Shown one piece after another: positions 13,105 through 26,290 of a stretch of 64,000 nucleotides of DNA. Within the stretch, counting starts at the first letter, position 1. Each line of letters opens with the position of its first letter. Position numbers and translations under genes: made by a program. This stretch comes from Octopus vulgaris. Its lineage: Eukaryota. The stretch is taken from assembly GCA_951406725.2 (NCBI GenBank), contig OX597814.1:94860001-94924000 (forward strand), read 5' to 3'. The notes beneath the pieces are model-generated. The model was given only the letters and a program-made list of their open reading frames with translations, had not been told where the DNA came from and did not search any database.

Positions 13105-13167
13105 AGATAAAACTCTGAGTTTCAGATGCCGAAGTGGAAATCCACAACACCATCTCTTCGGTTATCT
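13105..13167 (-). ncRNA. type-I hammerhead ribozyme candidate in the PLE pLTR
   Basis: Minus strand: agataa-CCGAAGA-gatg..catc-t-GAAA-ctc-a-gag-TT-ttatct; all three stems pair; U4C core variant. Confidence 0.65.
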
Positions 13168-13362
13168 GGCTATTTGAAAACGTTATGAAAAAATACCGTT
13201 AAAAATGAAGGGAAATTACTCGGTTATAACTCTGCTTTGCCTGCGTACTTATACATCGCTCGCATTTTTCGTCATAAAAATTATATAAAAATACATAAAA
13301 ATATATAAAAATATATAAAAAATATATAAAATCTTCTTGGGACATAACACAGAAAGCATGTT

Positions 13363-14117
13363 CTATCCGTTTTCTTTAGGGGACCAAAAACGTAACAGAA
13401 ATTTAGTCACATGTGGGCATGATCCGAAAAGCTCTGTCCTTGTATTTAGACATGTGGTAGGGTCTAAGCTGCTTTTCCAGATAAGCCATCTCTCCATGTC
13501 GCATAAACCGCACCTTCCGCTGCCGTTAGTGTAGGGCTTACATCTGGCCAAAATCTTCCATTGTATGTTATAATCGACACCTTTATCTCTTAAAGACCAA
13601 ATATGATTGGATAATTGTGTCGCTTTTCTTTTGTTCCAGTGCCTAAAGCTCAAAGTGTGGTTATTGAACCTGGCCTTGAAATTACCCTCTGTCAGGCCCA
13701 CGTATTTCTTCGTCGAAACGGTGTCTTTAGTGGTTATAGAGTTTACGGTAGCTTCATATATGATGGTCTTGGACATGCAAGCTCCATTTAGCGGGCACAA
13801 TTCTTTATTCCTGCATGAACAGCTGTTTTCTTCTTGTGTTTTTTGTATGTTATGATTGATTATGTTTTTAAAATTGGTAGTTGAACTAAAACTAATTTTT
13901 AAATTGTGTCTATTGAAGAGTTTCCTATAAGCATGGTTAACTGGAAAATGTCTATCTATCAGTGCTAGGAAATATTTACCTATATTGAAGGCCACCTCGG
14001 GTGAGTAAGGGGGCGTAAACCAGATGACCTTCCTATTTCTATTATTCCTTTTCCTTACTGTTGGGCTGGTGATATGTGTATATTTTATTTTTTCGCTAAA
14101 ACCACTATCTTTTAAAG

Positions 14118-14118
<1 letters not shown>
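13363..14118 (-). CDS. PLE C-terminal linker plus GIY-YIG endonuclease domain (about 250 codons without a stop, no genuine start)
   Basis: [78 protein letters not shown]; the annotated N-terminus is only (TA)n. Confidence 0.8.
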
Positions 14119-14189
<71 letters not shown>

Positions 14190-14190
14190 G

Positions 14191-14252
<62 letters not shown>

Positions 14253-16528
14253 CTTACATCATAAAGTGACGTATTACAATATAATAATATTTGCTAGATA
14301 AAAGGCAGTGAGTAGCACATTCAGATAATGACGGTTTATGTTGTTAAGGAACCTCTCTTAACTTTCCAATTTCAAATCCTGCGAAGAACGAGTTTGCTTC
14401 ATAACTCTAAGGTTAATAAATAATATACCAGTTAAGGACACTGTTGAAATCTATTGGCTACACCCTATCTCCAACATTTGAAGCAAAGCTATAAATCAAT
14501 ATTTATTATTAGCTACGTAATGGACCAAGAAAATCACATAATTCAGAAAGGTTTATGGAAATCCTTTTCGACTGGCGATCTTGGATAATTAATTATAGAT
14601 TACAGTAGATTTATAGGTATTAGTATATTTAACTCGACATTGCAGATTCGTAGAGAAATTGTCCAAACTGCTTTAAATCCTGCCACCTAAATGCTCACGA
14701 GATAGCAATTTCTCGGTGTTGTCCATTATTTAAATATTTGTAATATTTTCAATATATTATTTTCCTGAAGCTCTGCTGAACGCATTCTGGCTTTCTTGAT
14801 TCAATCTTCAAAAATTCAATTTATTAATAGTGTGTCTTTTTTAAAAGAAAAATCGTAATAAATATATCTGTAGCAACTATAAGCAGCAGCAGTAGCAATG
14901 TTCTCCAGTAAAATACTCGCGTGTATATTTATATACTTATGCATTAATTATCTATATCTACAAATACTAAGCCTTGTGTGTTCGTGTATGTGTGCGTGCG
15001 TGTGTCTGTGTGTCTGTGTCTGCGTGTGTGTATGTAATAACATGTGTCTCATACAAATTTGGAGGAAAAGATTTGCATACTCGTGACTTTATTAATACAT
15101 ACATTTCCAATATCAAAACACAGATTATAAATAGTGAAACATATGTCAATATTTACAGTATTTGGGTGGTGGGGAAAAAACATATTTCCCATTTATCTTG
15201 ATTTATTCCGTATGCTATATGAAAACTGTTTACCTACGCCAGCCAAAATTAAACGGCAAGATACTAAATTGTAAAAATATTCACTGAATGCTCTACATAG
15301 CTTTTTCACGCTATTTATTGCTTTCTCGTTATTGCCGCTCTTCTCGTTGAAACTATAATATATTGGTGTTGATGTTATTTTAGCCATGTGTCTGTGTTGT
15401 TGTTATTGTTATCGCGGCTGTTACTTTCTTTTCCATTTGGTTTATTATCATTATTATTATCATTATTGTAAACAATATTATGGAATATCTAGTCTGATTG
15501 GTTGTAGTAGCCTTAAGATGTAATTGGTTGCTCCTTTAGTGTAATTTGATGTAGTGTGATACACTATATGTTAATGTTGTAAAAGTAGTGTGTTTTAGTG
15601 TAAAGCTAAGACACTATGGTAAGTGCTTGGAGTGATTCCAACATGTTTGCGCTTTACCTAGACATTAATCTATATTTCAGAGCCGCAATCTATCTGAAAT
15701 ATTCTTCTACTTTCATATATATTTCAATCTGTATCCTTTATCCGACCACTACGTGGGTAAGAGTAGTACTAGTTTCAAAAAGTAATATGACTATGTCGCT
15801 GCTGCTATTGTTGCTGTTGTTGTTGTAGTCTTTGCTGATGATGATGATGATGATGATGATGTTGATGGTATTTACGCTCAGGTCAACAACAACGAGTAGA
15901 TCTTTGGTCAAAAGGTTACAGCTGTAGCCACAGTCTCTTTATAGTCATCTCTGGTTACGTTGTCTAATGTCTTTTTTCCTTGTTTGACGTGGTAGAGTAG
16001 GATTTTAGTGAAATTTAGCTGCTGTTCTTTAGCAGATCACCCGATCGTACACATGCTCTTTGGAGACGAGGTGGAATGGGATAAAGTATAATGTAGTGGA
16101 ATTCTGTGTTGTTTTGTCTACCACAAGGGGTCTCTGCGAATAAATCCATTGCATATAATATATTGCCATGGCTTTATTTACGTTGGGACATGACAGGCTT
16201 CGTAGTCTTCATTGAACTAAGACTCAAATATTCATTCATTCATACGTTCATTTATTTATTCCTTAAATCATTCATAATTCTATTTCCTCAGGAAATACTT
16301 CACGCTTTTATTCAATACAACTAAATTTATCATCATTGTAACCTATAAATTTAGAAAGCTGAAAGACATTATAGCCAATCTCTGGTTCAAAAGCAATAAA
16401 GAAGAGATGTCTTTTTTCAAAATTTGTATGTCCATATTTGGAATTTGATATTTATAACACTGGCAGTGGTGGATGCACTTAAACCGTTAGGGAACCAATC
16501 AGCTAAGAAGTTGTCATGTTATAGCAAA

Positions 16529-16630
<102 letters not shown>

Positions 16631-17497
16631 TTAGTTACACAGGGCTTAACACAGAAGGGACAATACAATATGGAATTTTCCTTTTTCGAAATCGATCAAA
16701 AAGGATCATAAAAAAGACGTTTTGGGGGACGTGTACACACATAGATAACAAGGTGATGTCTTTTAACAATTTGAATTGCCAAATGGTGGGGGTGGATATA
16801 ACACTAACTAGAGTTATCTGTGAAAAGAAAACCCTACGAAAAATAACCACAGTAACCTCGGCAAAAGGCAAATCTATGAGAGCAAAATGCCCTCTCTTTG
16901 TTTGTTTTACAGGTTAAAGCTCAAAGTGGTTCCGTCATTCATGCGTACCATTTTTGCATCACCCACCTTTTATTAGACAAAATTTCCCTCTCCACTCTTA
17001 CCCTCCTTTTCAAATGATACTCAAAAATGTTGATGAGAGATTGGCCAGAGAGGAAAATATTTGTCTCTAAACATTTCAAACGAGTCCACCACACACATTC
17101 TTTCGCCATCGCCGCCAGTACAACGAAAACTACCCTGCCTTCCCGGTTAAAGGAAAGTGGCGGGGCAATATTCATGATAGACTTGGCTGACAAACGGATT
17201 CGTCCCACACGCGACAGCAGCCGTTTGACAGAGGTCCACAGCTCTGAAATATGTGAACACTGCACGAGTGCGTGTAGAACGGTTTCGTCGTTCTGATCGC
17301 ATCTCGAGCAGGTCGGTTCGGTATTTCTTGAACCATGTCTGTAGACCTCTCGAATGGGCAATGCTTCCCGATAGCACTGCCAGGCTAGGAATCTCTGAAA
17401 AGTATCCATAGGTCCCGGCCCGAAAGTGATCCTAATGAGGCGGATCAGGCATTCCTCGTCGACGGCCAGGGTCTCCTCAAGAACGTCGTCGTACCTC
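16631..17497 (-). mobile_element. L1/Tx1-clade LINE 3' end (zf-RVT domain plus 3' UTR)
   Basis: FQRFLAWQCYREALP...CSRCDQNDETVLHALVQC, then a T-rich UTR ending at (CTAT)n. Confidence 0.85.
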
Positions 17498-17689
17498 CCA
17501 GTGTTTTGGCCAGTGTTTCCTGTTCCAATCCAGTCACCGAAAATGACTCAGGAGAAGGCTGCCCGTACGATAATACAGGGATACACTACCGGACTAGAGA
17601 AGCAGTGTCTTAGACTATTTGACTGTTATAGCGACCACTGATGTCATATACCCCTATGCGGGAATATCATCGCTATTAGTGTGGTGTAT

Positions 17690-17903
17690 ATTCTTTTACT
17701 TGTTTCAGTCATTTGACTATGGCCATGCTGGAGCACCGCCTTTAGTCAAGTAGATCGACCCAAGGACTAATTCTTTGTAAGCCTAGTACTTATTCTATCG
17801 GTCTCTTTTACTGAACGGCTAAGTTACGGGGACGTAAACACGGTTGTCAAGCAATGCTGGGGAAACAAACACCGGCACACAAACATACACACACACACAC
17901 ACA

Positions 17904-17967
<64 letters not shown>

Positions 17968-18132
17968 CATATATACGACGGGCTTCTTTCAGTTTCCGTC
18001 TACTAAATCCACTCACAAGGCTTTTGTCGACACGAGGCTATAGTTAAAGACATTTGCCCAAGGTGCCACGCAGTGGGACTGAACCCGGAACGATGTGGTT
18101 GGTAAACAAGCTACTTACCACACAGCCACTTC
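17690..18132 (-). mobile_element. SINE family A, full length
   Basis: Reverse complement of family A with internal (CA)n/(TA)n. Confidence 0.92.
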
Positions 18133-18621
18133 TATGCTTATATGTGTAATGCTAACGACAGGAAGTGTACTTGATCGTGGCTGAGCTAGGAGGTAAACAA
18201 CAGCAATAGCAACCGCATTATTATAAAATTGATTTGCAGAGTTAAATGTTAACTTCTGTAGATATAGCTGACTTGCCTTCCTACACACGCTATATGAAGG
18301 TGAAGTATTAAATTGAATCCCAAGAACTCAATAGGTTATGAGATTCATAATAGGTTATGTGATTCATCAGTTATAATAAAATTTAGTCATGCCGCTTCGT
18401 TGTAGGCTTTTTCTTTTATTTACTTATTTGATTTATATTATATCGTGTTTGGTGATCAATCGCGTCATTGGTTGCAGGATTCCAAACAGCCATTCGCTGG
18501 TTCACTGCATTTTTGAATATGAAAGTGACACAGAAGGTCTTCTGCAGCTCGGGCGGAAGAAATACCATACATGTTAGGTCTAATCGAAATTATTATACTG
18601 GTTTATCTTTTTTCTCGACGT

Positions 18622-18654
<33 letters not shown>

Positions 18655-19099
18655 TGACGGACGGACGGACGGACGGACGGTCAGAGACAGGCAAACAGAT
18701 AGGCATGCAGGCAGGCGGGCAGACAAGCAGGTTGATATATTGATAGATAGATAAATAGACTGGGAGAAACATAAGTAATATGTATTTGCCGGTAGGCTGC
18801 GAAATGGCGTGGTGGAGAATGCTATCTCAAAGTGCCGGGTGTTAAAACACCCGAAAGTTATAGACAGCGAGATAACTCACCTCTTATTGCATCTAGGGGT
18901 AATGGACATCGATGTTTCGCCATTGCTCGCATCTATGTTTCGCCATCACGTACCCGAACAGGATCGGAGACGAATCATTTTGCCAGTCCACGACTTATAT
19001 GCATAGAGCGTGTAAACTATGTGCGAATGTATCCGGGTAATTCTGTTTCAAATATGAGACAGAAGCAGCGCTAGTGTAATAAATATATTTGAGTCCGAT

Positions 19100-19995
19100 A
19101 TTACTGCTTCCAAACTTACTAAAATGGAATTGTTGACAGGGATATTGTCGATGCAGGTACTACCGACCCGAGCGGAAGAACTGTGGCTTTTGCGATAAAA
19201 TCTCTTCTTGAACGCCCTCAAAACCTCCACAAAGTACTCATCGTTGACTGTCTGGCCAGAATGAACCCAGTGGATGTAGATGATGCCCTTGCCGGAAAAT
19301 GGGATCATCATAAGCTGCCCAGTGCTTGACCTACTTGGGTCTGGAAGTGCCAGGCTGCTTCTATTGGGCACTCTGTCACTTAGTCTCTGGATCATAATAA
19401 CAGATCCAGTTTTTGTCACAGGTAACCAGAGACACATGTACACTTGGTCCGGAGGAGGTAATGAGCTCAATCATATCCCTGCGGTCGCCATCGCATCTTT
19501 CCATCTGTTGGTCACTGAGCACTCTAAGAACAAAATTTGCAATTTATAGACACACGACGGTCTTCATCGAGAAAATTGCGAATTTTCTCTACAATACAAG
19601 CTCTGATGTTCAGATGTCCCTCTCCCCTCCACACCTCTCGTCGTCTCTCACCTCCTCTTTACCGTCGTTGAACCTCTTCAGCCAGCAACAGAGTTAATCC
19701 ATAAGCAGTCTGATGTATTTCACAAGTTTCTGTAGCATTTTTTTGCCCAGTTTAACACAAAACTTTATTGCATATCAAGCTTCCAAATTGCTTTCACGGC
19801 CCGACTGCATTCCACAAACTAATCAGCCGTGACATGCAGAGTTTAATAGGAAGTGTTCGAAGTCCTGTTAAAGAAAATGTCGGCAGGTCCGGTGTTAGGT
19901 GTATAGTAATGGTATACTAAAATTGCAATAATCTAGGAGAGGTATAACTGCCTCTCCTAAAACCAAGTTTGAAAACTTCTGGAATGCACTTCGTA
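19100..19995 (-). mobile_element. mariner/Tc1 transposon, 3'-truncated and decayed
   Basis: KGIIYIHWVHSGQTVNDEYFVEVLRAFKKR and a frameshifted VTGDETW-like region; TIR-like TACGAAGTGCATTCCAGAAGTTTTCAAACT at 19966-19995. Confidence 0.8.
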
Positions 19996-22050
19996 ATCTG
20001 TATTTATACGCGTTCAAGTCGCATTTTTCAACTTCAACGACACAATAACAGGGTCTGACTTATATACGAATTTAAGAAATTTTGTGTATGAAATTTCATC
20101 GTTATCTCTATCAATCGCTATTGTTAATGCATAATAGTTCGTATGTACGCAGCCATTTTGAATAAATTGCCGTACTTCTTTTTGTTAAATTTATAAATTA
20201 TTCTAGGTCTAGTATTCTGAGATTGTGAACTGTAATCATTTTAAAGAAGAGTTCAGAGGCCAGATTGATTCAATGAAGTGTAATTGATGACTTAAGCAAA
20301 GATAATTGATAGGAACTATAGTAAGTGACGGGAATTTAAAAAGAATGTCTGCTCTTTAAACATACAAGAGAGGTCAAAGATTAGAATGATACAATGATGG
20401 GTGGAGATTAGATGGTGATGATTTGAACAATTGTTTGTGATAAATGGTGGTGAGAGAGTTTTACAGCAAAATTTGAAGCAAACAGATGTAGAGAATGGAG
20501 AAAACACGGAGGAAGTGAAGGTCAAGAAAGAAACGATAGATGTTTTGTTAGGACTTGTTTGTCAGGCTATCATCTTATTAAAGGAATAAGTATAAAAATG
20601 TTAAAATTCTGCGCCCAATCAAATACTATTGCAATGGTTTTTGCTGATGTAAAGGATAAACATTCATCAGATATTACTACTTCCAAACTTAATGCCGTGG
20701 AATTTTACGAGGGGATTTTCTGTATCAGAGAAAGCTGTAAGAGACTGAAAAATGCAAAAGGAATCTTTATTATTTGTGCGAAAGACAAAAGAGATACGTA
20801 CAGAAAAACAGTCTCTATATACCCAGAGATGAGGAAAGAACTGTTTAGATCAGAATAGTAGTGTTTACATTGTAACTTTGCTACAGATAAGATCGAAGGC
20901 TACCAGTATATCGCCTAATCTCTCATTTAAACTTCCATTGGATCGCTTGATATTGAGAAATAGGCTTAGGTTACCAGTGAAAGCCAAAATGTATAGGAAA
21001 CTACCACGTGAAAGAGAATATAATTTCGCTTCATACTTCTATTTTGAAATAAAGAATGTAGCTTAATTTCCAGCTTAGATTGATTGATAATATGAATAAA
21101 ACTACTATTTTTTATCATCCTGGAAATCATACACTTACCGTTAAACAAAGGACGACTGTTTATGCGAAGACACAGAACTTGAAAATGTATATTTTCCCGT
21201 GGTATTTGTGCGAATGGCACAAATACCCTGAACCTATAAAGAATACCGATTTCATGGAGGACGTGCGCCAATGTACAGCACAAACATGTGACCACTGTAA
21301 ATAAATCATAAATTATAATTATTTATAATATGTAATATATATAATATATATAATAAATCATAAATCATAATTATTCAGCAAGAAATTGCGGAATCGTCTT
21401 CCGAAGACTTGAAATGGTGCCATATGTATAACGATAATTTATTTCGTTAACAGATGTGCCCTAATAAAGCAACTCAGTTTATGGTCAAACGTTACTAATA
21501 ACAGAAGGCCTGTAATATAATTTGAAAAGCTCTCTGGGCATCGTAGTCTCATCTTCCAAGAGGATTTTTGTTATAAGAGTTTTGTACCAATATTTTCATG
21601 CAAGATATGAAATTCGAATTACACACAAAAGAAAATACTGTAATTTGGCACTCAGTGGCATCGAACATTGAACCAAGTGGTTGGGACACAAACTTCTTAA
21701 CCACAGAGAACACATGCCTGGAAAACATAGTAAAATAAAGAATCCAGTTTTCCCATCAAATGCCATCAATATTTATGAGTATAAATTGGCTGTGTGTAGG
21801 AATTTTCATTGCTAAGACTCTCAGGAAAGAGAAAAAGAGCAGAAGGGGAGGGGAAAGAAAGAAATGACATACTTGAAACAAAGCTATTTGTTTAGCGATT
21901 TTCTGTCTTTTCATATCTCACATCATACATACAAATATACATACTTGTAGATCCACAAACAGACATATACACACATACACAGACACACACACACATACAC
22001 ACACAAACACACACACACATACATATATATGCATATACAGATATATGTGT

Positions 22051-22051
<1 letters not shown>

Positions 22052-22143
<92 letters not shown>

Positions 22144-22166
22144 CACATATGTATACATGCATACAT

Positions 22167-22243
<77 letters not shown>
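22052..22243. repeat. (GATA)n and (GAAA)n microsatellites
   Basis: direct reading. Confidence 0.97.
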
Positions 22244-22245
<2 letters not shown>

Positions 22246-22915
22246 GGGAGATTTAGGTATTGATACATAACATGATTATGAAACATGAATACTGCAAATG
22301 ATCGCCTACCCATTCTAAAAAGTAAGCTACCAATGAATACAGAATTTATATAATACGTTGAAGTTTATCTGTAGTCGTTTATGTCAAATGTCAATATCAA
22401 TGTATGTGACAAGTGAATATCCACGTTAAAATCTATGTGACCTTTGTAGTTAAAGTTTATCCATACTCACCTATGTCAAACTCTGCTATTTTCGTATTGT
22501 GCCACAAGCCAAGAAATATTTCTATTCAATGTTTTAGTAAGTTCTCTAACTGCTTTAAAGGCAGTTTTCTTTGAAATGTTTGCTGATGAAGTTCAAAAAA
22601 TCAATTTTTGTCATGAAATGCTGGTATTTACACTGAAATAACTGTAGAACATTCATGAAATGAGTTTAGCAGAGTTTTATTGACCTTTTCAAAAACATGA
22701 AACAGCAGCTATTTTCAAGTAACTATAAGAGGTTACTATCTTTTATTTTTATTTTTTTTTGCCATAGGCATTGTGAATATTCCGTCTTATGTTGACTCTG
22801 TGTTTATAAACATTCTTGTTAACAAAGCATTTCTGCTTACAAGAAGTCTATGTTGGCTTAAATTGTACAACACTGGAGTAAACTCCGTAAGAGTGAATAA
22901 AGCAAGACTATAAAG

Positions 22916-23116
22916 CAGCGGTTCTCAATCGCGGCTCTCAGGGCCGCATTCGGCCCCAAAGCATCCTTTCAGCGGCCCTCGACAACGATCTTCCATCAAT
23001 AAATATAATAATTCTTTACTTTAACCAACTTGTGTTTAGCCTTCATTTTGGTGCGCCCTCCTAAGAAATCTAGATTTTCAATCTTACCCGGATATTAAAA
23101 AGGTTGAGAACCATTG
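22916..23116. mobile_element. hAT (Charlie-like) MITE
   Basis: TIRs CAGCGGTTCTCAA / TTGAGAACCATTG; 8-bp TSD CTATAAAG / CTCTAAAG (7/8). Confidence 0.85.
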
Positions 23117-24277
23117 CTCTAAAGGGTCATCGATCTGCCAGAATAAACAGTTAAATTTCCCTTAAATCATGCCCTCCTGTCTTGAAAGAAAATGAAAATG
23201 ACGCATTTAATACTGTTCTGAATAAATAAAATTATGAGACTGTAACTGCTGAAAAAGCTTTTGATCATTGGTTTCCTTCATCAGAGCTGGTATGGAGAGG
23301 GGTTAAACAACAACAACAGCAATATTTAGGCATCATTCATTACCTAATGTTATCTCCAAACGTTCTATGTTCGGGTCACAAGTGAATCTATATTGTCTTT
23401 CATTGCTGGAAAACCAGTAGAATAGGTACCGGTTATCTAGACACATAAATTCAATTATCTACAATTTTTCAAACAAAATTTCCCCTGTTTAATAAAAATA
23501 AAATAAATATATTTAATATAAAATAATTATTATTATACTCTAGGTCATAATTACTATATAATTAAGAAATAGTTCCTCGATTGTTAAGTGGTTTGTGTGA
23601 TCAATTCATATCACAAGCCATGGCTTCATGTGTGTAGGACGAGAAGTATTCTACCTGAATAGGAGTTAAATTCAATGTGCATAGATATACGAAAGTGACT
23701 TGTAATGAGTTTTTCAGAATCACTAGAACTTCAAATTCAGATAACAACCAATTAATACAACACCCATTCATACTGGAAAATTAATGAAAAATAAAAAAGT
23801 TGGAACGGAATCTTCATTGTAGACTGGTTTCAAATGGATTCAGGAAATATCGGTTAGTCGGAAACTGTTTCCGTTACAATCAATTGCTTCTTGCTAGTAA
23901 ATGGAGAAATATGAAATTTTCAAATGAAAATAGTTGAATGTCATAATTTGAATGCATTTGTCTTAAGTGAAAGAAACTTCGGGGGACTGACATGTCAAAG
24001 AGTTGAAAATGTATAGTGAGGTTCGAAAAAATTCGGTGTTTACGGACTGGCAGAAATTCAAATTTTTGGCTGGGGTTCAGTTTTTTTTTTCCATAGAAAT
24101 GAAAAATAAATTAAATATGTATATAGACGATTATCATTATAAACTTAACATTTTTACTAATTTTGTGGTCTGGGTCCTGAAAATGAAAAAGATTAAAAGT
24201 AATTCATGGAGTATCCGTTCATAATCGACTCCAGCAGTTGGTTATTTTTAGTGTAAGAGCAATAGACAGTCTTAAAA

Positions 24278-24497
24278 CCTTTTAGCACTCAGATTAATCT
24301 ATCAAACGTAATGCCTATCAATTCACATTGTCTTGAACTGATCATGCATTAGCTTATAGCTGAGATATTTTAATGATGTGATTGCTTATTTTTAGAATAA
24401 CATTATAGGGAGTATATGAAAGATCAGATCTGGTTGGTTTAAAGACAAAACAGGTAGAATATTTTGACCAGATATGGTCGGTTTAAATTCTAAAAGG
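24278..24497. mobile_element. piggyBac-like MITE
   Basis: Ends CCTTTTAGCA / TTCTAAAAGG; TTAA directly on the right and TTAAAA on the left. Confidence 0.6.
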
Positions 24498-25789
24498 TTA
24501 AACAGATTAGTATACATTTCTGTATATTCGTGGTTATGATTATACAGAAAGCTGTTGTTTTTAACACGCATTAACGATGGTTGGTCAGAGATAGATGAGA
24601 GATTAGAGAAATGCAAAATGCCACCAAGTAAGTTTGGTATAAAATATTTAATGATTAAGAATTCTCATCTAACATTTGATAAACTTTCTAATTTAGAAAG
24701 TTTATCAAAATTGTTTTGAACTCGATAATTAAATAAGATTTTCCCTAACGATTGATGAAAGATAGATGAAAAGAATTTACGTTGTGCTCGTTAAGTTCAA
24801 TATTAGCCATGATCGAGCAAACCAAGTTCTTTTTTTTTATCTCTTTTCATTTTAGTATGTGAATTGAGAATATTTACCTCACCACTATGTAGACACTTCC
24901 TCGCTTATTCGCTCGATGAGATGAATGTGCCAAAGCAGGTGAAATTAGTAATCAAAACTAGACGTGTGTAGTTATTCTTCTTTTCATCTTCACTAGATGT
25001 ACAGAACATTAATTAACGCCTAGGGCAATTTTAATCAGATATGAATATCTACTTTTGCTATTCTCCAGTGTACTAAAATGCACAAATATTTACATAGCAT
25101 TATTGTGACTATCTTGTCATAATACCGAGCTTTCATATGTATTATATGATACAGCTAGAATTAGATAGAGAGAGAGAGAGACACACACACACACAGAGAC
25201 AGAGAGAAAAAAAGGGTAGAGAGAGAGAAAGAGAGAGTGAGATTAAGGAAAAACAGACAAGGAAAGCTTGAGCGCTAGAAAGATGTAAAGATTGATAAGC
25301 ATATGTAAATATATATGTGTGTGAGTATGTTTGTATATATGTTTATATATACACGTGTATTTATATGGATTTATATGTATACGTGCGTGCGCGTTTGTGT
25401 GTATGTGTGTGTGCACGTGTGTATATGCGTGTACAAATACCGATATGTTGAATACATTATAACAAAAATTCTTGATTTATTAAAACTATCTCCGCCCCTA
25501 GATAACGTATCATAATTAACAGCATGGTAATTGCGACCATTCTGTTCGAAAAGGGAAATAATCTCAACGTTCAAAATTTCTCCAAAATTTACATTGTCAT
25601 TAAGGAAAGAAACATACTTATTAACGTGTAATAAGAAGACAGACGTGGACAAGTGTTTCGTCCTCAATAACCATCATCAGTGCCACAATTGTCCGAACTT
25701 TATCTCCAGTAGCCACATGACTTAGACTTACACAAATCAAAGTAGATAACAGTAGTAGTTTAAGTTATTTATCTTAACCTTTTATTTTT

Positions 25790-26039
25790 TTATTTGTTTC
25801 AGTGACTGGACTGCGGCCATTCTGGGGCACCACCTTGAAATATTAGTGGAATGAATCGACGCCGGGACTTCTTTTTTTTTTAGCCTAGTACTTATTCTAC
25901 TGGTTTCTTTTGCTGAACTGCTAAGTTACTGGGACAAAGACACAGACACAAAGACACACAGACACACACAGACCACACATACATACATAAATACATACAT
26001 ACATACATACATACATACATACATACATACATACATACA

Positions 26040-26070
<31 letters not shown>

Positions 26071-26166
26071 GAAAAAATTTTATAACATTCTTCTGACATA
26101 ATGACTCAAATATGTTTTTTAACCTTTTAAAACAAGCCTTCTGTAGTTTTTTCACTTTTTACTATT

Positions 26167-26222
<56 letters not shown>

Positions 26223-26290
26223 GAAGGGCATCTTTCAGTTTGTGTCTACCAAATCCACTCACAAGCCTTAGGTCAGCCCATGGTTATAGT
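25790..26290 (-). mobile_element. SINE family A, decayed, with internal (CATA)n and (TA)n
   Basis: TTGTTTCAGTGACTGGACTGCGGCC...CTACCAAATCCACTCACAAG. Confidence 0.8.

Larger units (their letters stand above)
13010..14119 (-). mobile_element. 5'-truncated Penelope-like element (GIY-YIG endonuclease plus pLTR) between (TA)n arrays
   Basis: GIY-YIG ORF followed by a hammerhead-bearing non-coding tail; (TA)n on both sides. Confidence 0.88.

Noticed and set aside
14119-14253. N-terminus of the 296-aa ORF
   Set aside because: Derived from (TA)n; not a real start
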